Assembly (NCBI GenBank): GCA_035493615.1
Contig: DATJHW010000085.1
Span: 1,363-65,362 of the forward strand
Reading direction: 5' to 3'
DNA from: Candidatus Saccharimonadales bacterium
Lineage (GTDB): Bacteria > Chloroflexota > Limnocylindria > P2-11E
Length of the DNA: 64,000 nucleotides
A program made the position numbers and the translations under genes. Shown piece after piece: positions 1-8,517 of this stretch (the stretch's first letter is position 1; each line of letters begins with the position of its first letter). The notes below the pieces were generated by a model. That model was not told where the DNA came from. It worked only from the letters and a program-made list of their open reading frames with translations, and ran no database searches.

Positions 1-72
1 CGAGTCCATGACGCTCTCGACGACGTCGTCGCTGTACGACAGCTGGGTCCGATGCTCGACCGAGATCCTCAT
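1..72 (-). CDS. Transglutaminase N-terminal-domain protein, first 24 codons only (gene runs off the window)
   Basis: ATG at 72..70 forms an ATGA overlap with the TGA (71..69) of the alpha-E gene. The translation MRISVEHRTQLSYSDDVVESVMDS resembles the Bact_transglu_N-type start of the TGase gene at 4259 (MRIRVGCEF...). Confidence 0.5.
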   Translation of the reverse strand, partial: MRISVEHRTQLSYSDDVVESVMDS

Positions 73-1052
73 TGCTGTTGCTGCTGCGCGGCCATGATCA
101 TCGTGGCCCGCGCGACCCCGACCAGCCGGCCGGGCACCGGCTCGTCTCGCAGGTACGTGGCCGAGAGCTCCTCCGAGGCCTGCGCGATGAGCTGCTGGAT
201 GTTCGAGAGGAACCCCTCGAGCCCGCGCTCGAAGACCTCGTCGATGGCCGTGAGCTCCACCTGCGCGCGGGCCCGCCCGAGGGTGCGGACGGCCGGGCCG
301 GGCTCGTTGCCGGCGGCGGTCCGCAGGGCGGCGATCGCGTCCAGCGACAGGCACGCGCCGGTCAGCGAGAACCGCACGGACTGCGGGAAGATCGGATTGA
401 GGAGCAGGAACTCCACGAGGCGGGCCGGTTCGACGCGCAGCGAGTAGTAGCGGGCGTATGCCTCGGCCGACCCGCAGGTCCGCAGCACCGCGAGCCACCG
501 GACGACGTCGGGCCCGGTCGGGTCCTTCGTGTGGCTGCCCGCCGCGAGCAGGTGCGACTGGCGGTTCAGCACGCGGGCCACGTCGTCGGCGCGCTCGACG
601 AACTTGCCGAGCTCGAGGAAGTGCCATGGCTCATCACGCGCGAGCGTCGACTCGGCCAGGCCCTGGAACGACTGCAGCTGCTCGCGGACGAGCCGCGCGA
701 AGGAGATCGCCTCGCCGCGCGGACGCGCGATCGTCGGCGTGGCGAGCGAGCCGTAGAGCGAGTTCAGCTCCTCCCACATCTCGCTGGACATCGCCTCGCG
801 GATGCCCCGGGACAACGTGCGGGCCGCGCGGACGCACGACACCAGAGAGTCCGGATTCATCGTGTCGCTCGTGAGATAGAAGCGCACGTCGTCGCCGGCC
901 AGGTCGATCGCGCCGACCAGCGGCGCCCAGAAGTCTTCGGTGCCGGCGTCAAGCTCGAGATGCCGGGTCACGTCCACGAGCCGCGAGACCGCGATCCCCC
1001 GCTCGACGTAGCGCGCGACCCAGAAGAGATCGTCGGCGACGCGGCTCAGCAT
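69..1052 (-). CDS. Alpha-E domain protein (formerly DUF403)
   Basis: Protein-like translation starts at ATG 1052..1050 (MLSRVADDLFWVARYVERGIAVSRLVDV...ATYLRDEPVPGRLVG). The upstream part of track ORF 69..2231 is an Arg-rich shadow of the ATP-grasp gene. The start overlaps the ATP-grasp stop at 1046. This family is the usual partner of circularly permuted ATP-grasp genes. Confidence 0.85.
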   Translation of the reverse strand: MLSRVADDLFWVARYVERGIAVSRLVDVTRHLELDAGTEDFWAPLVGAIDLAGDDVRFYLTSDTMNPDSLVSCVRAARTLSRGIREAMSSEMWEELNSLYGSLATPTIARPRGEAISFARLVREQLQSFQGLAESTLARDEPWHFLELGKFVERADDVARVLNRQSHLLAAGSHTKDPTGPDVVRWLAVLRTCGSAEAYARYYSLRVEPARLVEFLLLNPIFPQSVRFSLTGACLSLDAIAALRTAAGNEPGPAVRTLGRARAQVELTAIDEVFERGLEGFLSNIQQLIAQASEELSATYLRDEPVPGRLVGVARATMIMAAQQQQQ

Positions 1053-2506
1053 GGCTCGGCCTCGAGCACCCAGGTGTCCTTCGCCCCACCGCCCTGCGAG
1101 CTGTTCACGACCAGCGATCCGCTGCGCAGCGCCACGCGGGTCAATCCGCCCGGGGTGACCTTCACGTCGCGGCCGAACAGGATGAACGGCCGCAGGTCCA
1201 CATGACGTCCCTCGAGATGATCGACGCTCCAGGTCGGATGCCGCGACAGGGCGAGCGTCGGCTGGGCGATGTAGCCGCGTGGATCGTCGCGCACGCGCGT
1301 ACGGTACGCGTCGAGGTCCTTCTTCGGCGCATGCGGGCCGATGAGCATCCCGTAGCCGCCGCTCTCGTTGACCGACTTCACGACCAGCTCCGCGATGTGC
1401 TCGAGGATGTACGCGCGGTCGGTCGGATCGTCCGCCACATAGGTCTTCACGTTCGGGAGGATCTCGTCCTCGCCGAGGTAGTACTTGATGATCGTCGGGA
1501 CGTAGGCGTAGATCGCCTTGTCGTCGGCCAGGCCGGTCCCGATCGCGTTCGCGATCGTCACCCGGCCCATCCGGCAGGTCGCGAGCAGGCCCGGCACGCC
1601 GAGCAGCGAATCGGCGCGGAACGCCAGCGGATCGAGGAAGTCGTCGTCGACGCGGCGGTAGATGACGTCGACGCGACGCCGGCCGCGCGTCGTGCGCATG
1701 TACACGGCGGCATCGTCGACAAAGAGGTCCGATCCCTGCACGAGATCGATGCCCATCGACTTCGCGAGGAACGCGTGCTCGAAGAAGGCGGAGTTGTGGA
1801 CGCCGGGCGTGAGCAGGACGACGGTCGGGTCGTCTGAGCCGGGCCCGACCGCGCGCAGGACCTCGAGGAGGTCCTGGGGGTAGCCCTCGACCGGCCGCAC
1901 GCGATAGTCGGTGAAGATCTGCGGCCACACGCGCTTCAGGACTCGGCGGTTCTCGACGACGTAGGACACGCCCGACGGCACGCGCAGGTTGTCCTCCAGC
2001 ACGAACCAGGTCCCCCGCCCGTCGCGCACGAGATCGCTGCCGACGACGTGCGTGTACACGCCGAGCGGCACGTCGACGGTGCGGAACTCGCGGCGATAGC
2101 CGCGCGCGCCGAGGACGAGCTCCGCGGGGATGAGCTCGGTGCGGAGGATCCGCTGCTCGTGATAGATGTCGTGCAGGAACAGGTTGAGCGCGCGGACCCG
2201 TTGCTCGAGGCCGCGCTCGATGCGCTTCCACTCTTCGGCCATGACGATGCGCGGCACGAGGTCGAACGGCATCGTCTTCTCCGGTCCGCTCGGATCCTGG
2301 TTCACCGAGAACGTGATCCCCTGAGCCTGGAAGGACAGATCGGCGGCCCGCTGGCGCTTCTGGACGTCAGCCGAGCTGAGCGTCGTCAGGCGGCGGGCGA
2401 GCTCGGCGTAGTGCGGTCGCACCTGACCGGGCGCCTCGAACATCTCGTCCCAGAACTCACCGGGCACGTACGAAGGCAGCACGCTCGCACGCGAGCCCGC
2501 GGTCAT
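1046..2506 (-). CDS. Circularly permuted ATP-grasp type 2 protein (DUF404/DUF407 family)
   Basis: Real part of track ORF 1046..3190 starts at ATG 2506..2504 (MTAGSRASVLPSYVPGEFWDEMFEAPGQVRPHY...SSQGGGAKDTWVLEAEPC), 486 aa. There is an ATGA overlap with the upstream transglutaminase stop. Confidence 0.9.
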   Translation of the reverse strand: MTAGSRASVLPSYVPGEFWDEMFEAPGQVRPHYAELARRLTTLSSADVQKRQRAADLSFQAQGITFSVNQDPSGPEKTMPFDLVPRIVMAEEWKRIERGLEQRVRALNLFLHDIYHEQRILRTELIPAELVLGARGYRREFRTVDVPLGVYTHVVGSDLVRDGRGTWFVLEDNLRVPSGVSYVVENRRVLKRVWPQIFTDYRVRPVEGYPQDLLEVLRAVGPGSDDPTVVLLTPGVHNSAFFEHAFLAKSMGIDLVQGSDLFVDDAAVYMRTTRGRRRVDVIYRRVDDDFLDPLAFRADSLLGVPGLLATCRMGRVTIANAIGTGLADDKAIYAYVPTIIKYYLGEDEILPNVKTYVADDPTDRAYILEHIAELVVKSVNESGGYGMLIGPHAPKKDLDAYRTRVRDDPRGYIAQPTLALSRHPTWSVDHLEGRHVDLRPFILFGRDVKVTPGGLTRVALRSGSLVVNSSQGGGAKDTWVLEAEPC

Positions 2507-3339
2507 GCGACCGCCGCCGCCACGCCGTCGAGCTCGAGTACCTCGGCCCGCTTCGTCGCCGCGAGCCGGCCGATGGCCGGCCCGCTGTACCGGCCCGACG
2601 TCGGGGAGACGTCGGCGAAGTCGCGTCCGACCGCGACGGTGAGGTAGTCCAGTCGCGTGCGGCGCGAGTGCGTCGGGTCGAATCCGATGACCTCGACGCC
2701 GCCGTCGCGACGCTCGACGAACGCCTCGACCCACGCGTGCGGCGCGCCCTCGCCGATGAGGTGCCCCGACACGTAGCGGGCGGGCACATTGAGGAGTCGC
2801 AGGACGGCCAGCAGGATGTGCGCGTAGTCCTGGCAGACCCCGCGGCCGAGATGCAGGGCCATCGCCGCCGGCGTGCTGTATCCGGTGACGCCGAACTGGT
2901 ACGTGATCGCCGTGGCCGCCCAGCGGTGCGCGAGCTCCGCCCGCTCGCCGGCATCGGCCGCAGCGTGCGCGATGTCGAGGGCGGCACCGATGAGCCGCTT
3001 GTCCGGCGCGGTGAGCGCCGTCGGTCGGAGGTACGCGAGGCGCTCGGCGTCGTTGCGCCAGGGCAGCCCCTCCGTGCCTCGCGACTCCGCGGTCCGCTCC
3101 AGCCGGAACGTCGCCTCGAAATCGATCGCCTGCGGCACCCGGTTCGCATTCACCCGCGCGATCCGATTTCCGAACTCGTCGCGCTCCCACGTGAGCCGGT
3201 GGTCACCTTCGGTGCCGCGCACGACCAGCTCGTGATGGAGCAGCCGCTGGCCCGGATATGAGTCGCGCGGGACCATCACGAGACGCTGATGGAGATCCCA
3301 GACCGCGCCGGTGTACGTGTACCGGTAGTGCTGCCGCAC
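2503..3339 (-). CDS. Transglutaminase-like family protein (Bact_transglu_N + transglutaminase core)
   Basis: 278 aa. It carries a catalytic-Cys region (HLGRGVCQDYAHILLAVLRLLNVPARYVSGH) and a downstream H..D region (HAWVEAF...GFDPTH). Confidence 0.85.
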   Translation of the reverse strand: MRQHYRYTYTGAVWDLHQRLVMVPRDSYPGQRLLHHELVVRGTEGDHRLTWERDEFGNRIARVNANRVPQAIDFEATFRLERTAESRGTEGLPWRNDAERLAYLRPTALTAPDKRLIGAALDIAHAAADAGERAELAHRWAATAITYQFGVTGYSTPAAMALHLGRGVCQDYAHILLAVLRLLNVPARYVSGHLIGEGAPHAWVEAFVERRDGGVEVIGFDPTHSRRTRLDYLTVAVGRDFADVSPTSGRYSGPAIGRLAATKRAEVLELDGVAAAVA

Positions 3340-3383
3340 GCGAAAGACGGCGCGCTGGACCCGAGGCCAGTCCGGCCGGCCGC

Positions 3384-4259
3384 TCAGGACTGTGCCCGCG
3401 CGGCGGCCTCCGCGTTGTCAGCGTCCTCTTCCTGCGGCGGGCCGCCCGGCCGCTCGGCGGTGATCTCGTCGGACCAGACGGTGAACTTGGCGAGGCGCGC
3501 GTTCCCGTAGGCGGTCGAGAGCGCGCAGTCGACCGCATCGCGGCCGCGCCCGATGACCACGCGGCCGACCCGCGGCGTGTTGTGGCGCGCGTCGAACGTG
3601 TACCAGCGGCCGCCGAGGTAGGCCTCGAACCAGGTGTGAAAGTCCATCGGAACGTCCGGCGGCTCGATCGCGATGTCCGGAAGGTAGCCGAACGTGTAGC
3701 GCGCGGGGATGTTCAGCGCGCGACAGAACGCGACCGACAGCAGGGCGAAGTCGCGACAGACGCCCATCCGCTGCCCGTACACATCGAATGCCGTCGTCGC
3801 GGGTGTGGACGACCCGTTCACGAACTGGATGTTGGGGTGGACCCAGTCGCAGACCGCCTGGATCCGCTCCCACGTCGGTGCGGTGTCGCCGAACAGCTCC
3901 CACGCCACGTCGAGGAGCTTGTCCGACTCCACGTACCGGCTCGGCAGGGTGAAGACGATCGCGTCGTCCGGCAGGTCCTCGACCGCGTGGAGCGCGGCGT
4001 GCGGCACGACCGGATCGGGTGTCTCGGGGATCTCCACGACGGCGTCGTAGCGGACGGCCGAGGTGCCCTCCGGTGCGACGAACCGCCAGCAATTGTTGCC
4101 GAAGAGGTCCGTGTACTCGTGGATCGCCAGCTGCGGATCGCTCCAGGTGGACTCGTACACCGCGAGGTGATCGGCATCGGCCCGCGGCTTGACGAGCATG
4201 AGCATCGGGACCGGGGCGGTGGTCTCCCAGACGAACTCACAGCCGACGCGGATGCGCAT
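3384..4259 (-). CDS. Transglutaminase-like family protein (second paralogue)
   Basis: 291 aa: MRIRVGCEFVWETTAPVPMLM..., core QRMGVCRDFALLSVAFCRALNIPARYTFGY, then HTWFEAYLGGRWYTFDARH. Confidence 0.85.
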   Translation of the reverse strand: MRIRVGCEFVWETTAPVPMLMLVKPRADADHLAVYESTWSDPQLAIHEYTDLFGNNCWRFVAPEGTSAVRYDAVVEIPETPDPVVPHAALHAVEDLPDDAIVFTLPSRYVESDKLLDVAWELFGDTAPTWERIQAVCDWVHPNIQFVNGSSTPATTAFDVYGQRMGVCRDFALLSVAFCRALNIPARYTFGYLPDIAIEPPDVPMDFHTWFEAYLGGRWYTFDARHNTPRVGRVVIGRGRDAVDCALSTAYGNARLAKFTVWSDEITAERPGGPPQEEDADNAEAAARAQS

Positions 4260-4268
4260 GGCGGAAGT

Positions 4269-5357
4269 CTACCGAGCCAGGATGCGCATTCCCCCGGTCG
4301 GCGCGTCCTTCGCGAAGACGAGCACCGTGTACGCGCCGAGGCCGTTCGGCTCGACGAGCACGTCGACCGCGGAGCGCTTGCTCGCCGCGCGGAGCTGGTC
4401 GAGCGGGTCGGTCGGCCGGCCGTACTGCTCGCGCACGCCGAGACCGAGGAGCGCGTCGCGCTGGGTGGTCATGCCGGCGAAGGTCAGGCCGGCACCCTCG
4501 GCCGCCCGACGGATCGCGGTGACGTTCACGCTGGCGGTGAGGTCGTGCGCGCCGGGCTCCGCCAGCGCATCGGCGACCAGGCGGTGGCGGGAGAAGCCGC
4601 GCACGGTGCCGGCGCCGCCGCGGCTGAGGAGGTCCACCTCCTCGCCACCGTAGTCGATGATCACGAGGTAGCCCTGCGCGATGGCCGCGGCGAGCTGCGC
4701 GACCCAGCTCTCGGCGCCGAGGCTCACCTCCCATCGTCCGCCGACCGGCAGGCTGTCGGGCACGCGGTAGCGGAGGTCCGGGTGGCTCGGCGCGCGCAGC
4801 GTCTCGACGAACGCGCCGTCCTTGGCGTCCACGTACACCTCGCGCACGCCGTCGTCGCTCCGCACCATCACGTGCACCGGGAACGCGTCGAGCACCTCGT
4901 TCGCGAACACGATGCCGCGGATCGGCGCGAGCGTTCGGGCCACCGACGCCCACCGCAGCTCGCGGCCTTCGAGCGCCAGGGCCTGCTGCTCGCGCAGCCG
5001 CGGGGATACCTCGACGATCGCCGGCCGCGCGGTACGGGCCGCCTCGCCCTTCTCCTTGCCGAGCGCGTCGAGGAGGTCGCGCATGAGGATGCCCCGCCCC
5101 GCGCCGGCCTCGACGAGATCCCATTGGGCCGGTTTGCCGATCCCGCTCCACGCGTCGATCGCCGCTCGCGCGAGCGCGCGCCCGAAGGCCGGTCCGAGCT
5201 CCGGCGACGTGAGGAAGTCGGCGCCATCGAAGCCGATCGCCGCATGCGCCGTGTAGTAGCCGTCCTGCGGGTCATAGAGCGCCGCGTCCATGAAGTCCGC
5301 GAACGTGATCGGACCGCGGGCGCGGATGCGCTCGACGAGCCGGTCGCGAAGGGTCAC
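4269..5357 (-). CDS. SAM-dependent methyltransferase, DUF185 / MidA / NDUFAF7 family
   Basis: 362 aa: ITFADFMDAALYDPQDGYY...FLTSPELGPAFG...DLVEAGAGRGILMRDLL...FANEVLDAFPVH...IIDYG are family-typical strings. The GTG start 5357..5355 overlaps the phosphatase TGA (GTGA). Confidence 0.8.
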   Translation of the reverse strand: MTLRDRLVERIRARGPITFADFMDAALYDPQDGYYTAHAAIGFDGADFLTSPELGPAFGRALARAAIDAWSGIGKPAQWDLVEAGAGRGILMRDLLDALGKEKGEAARTARPAIVEVSPRLREQQALALEGRELRWASVARTLAPIRGIVFANEVLDAFPVHVMVRSDDGVREVYVDAKDGAFVETLRAPSHPDLRYRVPDSLPVGGRWEVSLGAESWVAQLAAAIAQGYLVIIDYGGEEVDLLSRGGAGTVRGFSRHRLVADALAEPGAHDLTASVNVTAIRRAAEGAGLTFAGMTTQRDALLGLGVREQYGRPTDPLDQLRAASKRSAVDVLVEPNGLGAYTVLVFAKDAPTGGMRILAR

Positions 5358-6076
5358 GCCGTCAGCTTCGCGCGGATCGCGTCCAGCTGCTCGGCGCGAA
5401 CGCCGGCCAGGCCGAGGTATGGGGCGGCGCCCCCGAACGCCTCCCGCAGCGCCGCGAGGGTCCGCTCCATCACCCAGGCCCGCTTGGCCACGCCGTCGTC
5501 GACCGCGGCTGCGCGATCGGGATTCTCGGCCTTGAATCGCTCGTACTCGGGGACCAGCTCAGCGTCGCTGGCCGCGTAGTCGGCGACGATCTCGGCATCG
5601 GGCACCCCGAGCGCCGCGAGCAGCGTCGCGATCACGATCCCCGTCCGGTCTCGGCCGGCGACACAGTGCAGCAGGATCGCCGGCTCCGCCTCGGCGATGG
5701 CCCCGATCACGTCCGCGAGCCCGCCGTCCGGGACCGCGATGCGTCGCAGCTCGTCGGCCAGCGTCCCGGCGTGCGCGCCATCGTGGAGGGCCATGATCCG
5801 GGCCGAGGTGAACGGCACCCGCCGGTAGGTCACGCCCTCGCGGTACGGGCTCGCGCTCTCGGCCACCTCGTCGTCGCCGCGGAGGTCGATGACCGTGCGG
5901 ATGCCGTGCGCGCGGACCGCCGCCCGTCCCGCGTCCGTGAGCGTCCCGATCATCGACGCGCGGACCAGCCGCCCGCGGGCCAGCAGGACGTCACCGCACG
6001 TCAGGCCACCGATGTCGCGAACATTGAGGCAGGCGTCCCAGGCGAGACGCCGGTCGGCCGCGACTATGCGCTCCAG
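5354..6076 (-). CDS. Protein-tyrosine phosphatase (Y_phosphatase3-like, CX5R active site)
   Basis: C-terminal about 240 codons of track ORF 5354..7111: LNVRDIGG...IRTVIDLRGDDE...HCVAGRDRTG (CX5R loop). No ATG/GTG/TTG lies between the conserved N-terminus and the upstream gene. The start is placed provisionally at CTG 6076..6074 (ATA 6067..6065 is also possible), so the 5-prime end is uncertain. Confidence 0.7.
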   Translation of the reverse strand: MERIVAADRRLAWDACLNVRDIGGLTCGDVLLARGRLVRASMIGTLTDAGRAAVRAHGIRTVIDLRGDDEVAESASPYREGVTYRRVPFTSARIMALHDGAHAGTLADELRRIAVPDGGLADVIGAIAEAEPAILLHCVAGRDRTGIVIATLLAALGVPDAEIVADYAASDAELVPEYERFKAENPDRAAAVDDGVAKRAWVMERTLAALREAFGGAAPYLGLAGVRAEQLDAIRAKLTA

Positions 6077-8517
6077 CGCGGCGGGCCCGGCGGCCGGATC
6101 TCGGGCGGACGGATGGAGTCGCGCTTCGACTCGTCCCCCAGTGGGATGTGCTCGGACGGCTTCCAGGTCCGGGCCGACGCGAGCTCTTCCTTCGCGAGGA
6201 CGGTGACGCCGAACCGCTGGTAGGTCGAGAGCTCGAAGTTCGGGGTCTCGCCGAGCGCGCCGTGCGGACACACCTCGACGCAGTCGCCGCAGTAGATGCA
6301 GCGCACGACGTCGAGCTCGTAGGTCTGCAGGTCGCGCTCGCGCATCATCAGCGCGCCGGTCGGGCACGTCTCGGCGCACGCGCCGCACGACACGCAGTCG
6401 GTGTAGCTGAGCGAGACGTTCCATGGCGTCGTGACGATCGAGTCGTAGCCGGCGCCCATGAGCCCGTAGCAGTTCGCGCCGATGACGTCCCGGCAGATCC
6501 GCACGCACTGCGTGCAGTTGATGCACTTGTTGAGGTCGCGAAGGATGAAGTCGTGGCTGAAGTCGTACTCGTAGTCGTGGTAGTCGATCGGCTCGGCGCG
6601 GTGGAAGCGGTTCTCGGTGAGACCGTGCTCGAGCGACAGCCGCTGCAGGTGGCAGCGCCCGACGTCGGGGCAGACGCACTGCAGGCAGCGCGCGGCTTCC
6701 TTCTCGGCACCGGCCTTGTCGTAGCCGTTCTCGATGAGCTCGAAGCTCTTCACGCGGTCCGCGAACGGGAGGAATGGCATGCGGACCTGCGGCTCCTCCG
6801 GCTTGTACGGGACGATGTCGATGAGCTCGGGGACCCGCTCCTCTTCGCGGATCTCTTCGGCCACGACGGACATGTCGTCGCCCGCGAGGTAGCGGTCCAT
6901 CGCCTTGGCCGCGAGCTTGCCCTGGGCCACGCACTGGATCACGGTCACCGGCCCCATCTGCGCGTCGCCGCCGGCGAACACTCCGGGTCGGTCGGTCATG
7001 AGCGCGCCGTTCGCGACGATGGTCTCGCGGCGCGTCTTGCGCATGCCCGGCGTCGTCTCCATCCAGTCGAGGACCGGCGACTGCCCGATCGCCGGGATCA
7101 CCGTGTCGCACTCGATGGTGAACTCGGAGCCTTCGACCGGGACCGGCCGGCGCCGCCCGGACGCGTCCGGCTCGCCGAGCGCCATGCGCTGGAACTCGAC
7201 GCCGCCGGCGCGGCCGTTCTTCTCGATGATCCGGACGGGCGCGGCGAAGAACTCCAGCTTGATGCCCTCGTGCTCGGCGTCGTCGACCTCGGTGTAATGC
7301 GCCCCCATCTCCTTGCGGCCCCGGCGATACACCACGGTCACGTCGGCGCCCAGTCGCCGCGACGTGCGCGCGCAGTCGAAGGTGGTGAACCCACCGCCGA
7401 GGACGACGACCTTGTTGCCCACCCCGACCGGCACCGGGTCGCCGGACGCGTTCTGCCGCAGGTAGTTGATCGCTTCGATCACCCCGGGGAGGTCCTCACC
7501 GGGGATGCGCAGCTCGTTGCTCGTCCATGCCCCGATCCCGAGGAAGATGGCGTCGTAGCCCTGGGCGAAGAGGTCGTCGATCGTGAAGTCGCGCCCGAGC
7601 TTCATTCCGCCCTTGAACTCGGCGTCGCGCAGCTGCCACACCGAGTTGAGCTCCTTGTCGAGCTTCACCTTCGGCAGGCGGTATTCGGGGATGCCGTAGC
7701 GGAGCATCCCGCCCTGCTTCTCCATCATGTCGAACACCGTGACGGCGTGACCCTTCAGCGCGCTGTAATACGCGCAGGTGAGCCCGGCCGGGCCGGCACC
7801 GATGACCGCGACGCGCTTGCCGGTCGCGGCCTCCTGCGGGAACGGGGTCGGGGCCTGGTCCATCTCCATGACCAGCTCGCCGGTGTATCCGTGGCACTGG
7901 CAGATGGCGATCTCCTCCTCGACGAGACCGCGCCGGCAGACCTCCTGGCATGGCTTCGGGCACACGAGCCCGAGCGCGTACGGGAACGGCAGGACTTCCT
8001 TCACGAGGCGCGCGGCCTCGACGTGCTGGCCCTTCGCCATCAGCTCGAGGTAGCCGGGGATGTCGATGTGCGTCGGGCAGCCGACCTGGCACGGGGGCAT
8101 GCAGTAGGCGTTGTGGTCGGAGAGGATGTATTCGAGGTTCTGCTTGCGCATGGAGAAGAGGCCGTCGCTCGTCGCGGTGACCTTCATCCCCGGCTCGACC
8201 GCGAGGTGGCAGCTTGGCTGCGGGCGGTCGAAGCCCTCGACGTCGACGAGGCACATCCGGCAGGCCGCCGCCGGCGCGAGCTTCTCGTCGTCGCAGAGCG
8301 TCGGCACGTTGAACCCGGCCCGCTGCGCCGCGCGGAGGATCGACTCGCCGACCACCGCGGTCACGTCCTGCCCGTCGATCGTGATCTGGCAGACCGGCTG
8401 GCCCGAGGGGATCTCGCCATGATGCGAGACCGTCGGGATCTGGGACTCGGAGGGTCCGTAATCCTGGATGAGACTCACGGTCGCGACCTGGTCCTCATGG
8501 CTGCGCCATCGTCTCAT
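6064..8517 (-). CDS. Multidomain iron-sulfur flavoprotein: NuoG-type N-terminal [2Fe-2S] + GltD-like (glutamate synthase small-subunit type) FeS/FAD/NAD(P)H domain + NuoG-type His/Cys 4Fe-4S + NuoI-like 2x[4Fe-4S] ferredoxin
   Basis: 817 aa, with these motifs in order:
- ITIDGQDVTAVVGESILRAAQRAGFNVPTLCDDEKLAPAAACRMCLVDVEG...SC (2Fe-2S)
- CMPPCQVGCPTHIDIPGYLELMAKG...GLVCPKPCQEVCRRG (GltD FeS domain)
- GKRVAVIGAGPAGLTCAYY...GGMLRYGIPEYRLPK and VVVLGGGFTTFDCA...VFAGGD (two dinucleotide folds)
- DLNKCINCTQCVRICRDV
- CVSCGACAETCP...CIYCGDCVEVCPHGALGETPNFELS
The start is ATG 8517 or GTG 8478. Confidence 0.85.
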   Translation of the reverse strand: MRRWRSHEDQVATVSLIQDYGPSESQIPTVSHHGEIPSGQPVCQITIDGQDVTAVVGESILRAAQRAGFNVPTLCDDEKLAPAAACRMCLVDVEGFDRPQPSCHLAVEPGMKVTATSDGLFSMRKQNLEYILSDHNAYCMPPCQVGCPTHIDIPGYLELMAKGQHVEAARLVKEVLPFPYALGLVCPKPCQEVCRRGLVEEEIAICQCHGYTGELVMEMDQAPTPFPQEAATGKRVAVIGAGPAGLTCAYYSALKGHAVTVFDMMEKQGGMLRYGIPEYRLPKVKLDKELNSVWQLRDAEFKGGMKLGRDFTIDDLFAQGYDAIFLGIGAWTSNELRIPGEDLPGVIEAINYLRQNASGDPVPVGVGNKVVVLGGGFTTFDCARTSRRLGADVTVVYRRGRKEMGAHYTEVDDAEHEGIKLEFFAAPVRIIEKNGRAGGVEFQRMALGEPDASGRRRPVPVEGSEFTIECDTVIPAIGQSPVLDWMETTPGMRKTRRETIVANGALMTDRPGVFAGGDAQMGPVTVIQCVAQGKLAAKAMDRYLAGDDMSVVAEEIREEERVPELIDIVPYKPEEPQVRMPFLPFADRVKSFELIENGYDKAGAEKEAARCLQCVCPDVGRCHLQRLSLEHGLTENRFHRAEPIDYHDYEYDFSHDFILRDLNKCINCTQCVRICRDVIGANCYGLMGAGYDSIVTTPWNVSLSYTDCVSCGACAETCPTGALMMRERDLQTYELDVVRCIYCGDCVEVCPHGALGETPNFELSTYQRFGVTVLAKEELASARTWKPSEHIPLGDESKRDSIRPPEIRPPGPPRWSA

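Noticed and set aside
69-2231. N-terminal extensions of track ORFs. Examples: 69..2231, 1046..3190, 5354..7111, 9732..10736, 12238..13542, 20855..22333, 31727..33991, 33052..34821, 44159..46357, 56725..57897, 59787..60293, 60569..62221.
   Set aside because: The extended parts are Arg-rich junk overlapping the preceding real gene. Protein-like sequence begins at an internal in-frame start that usually overlaps the upstream stop codon, so I trimmed to that start.
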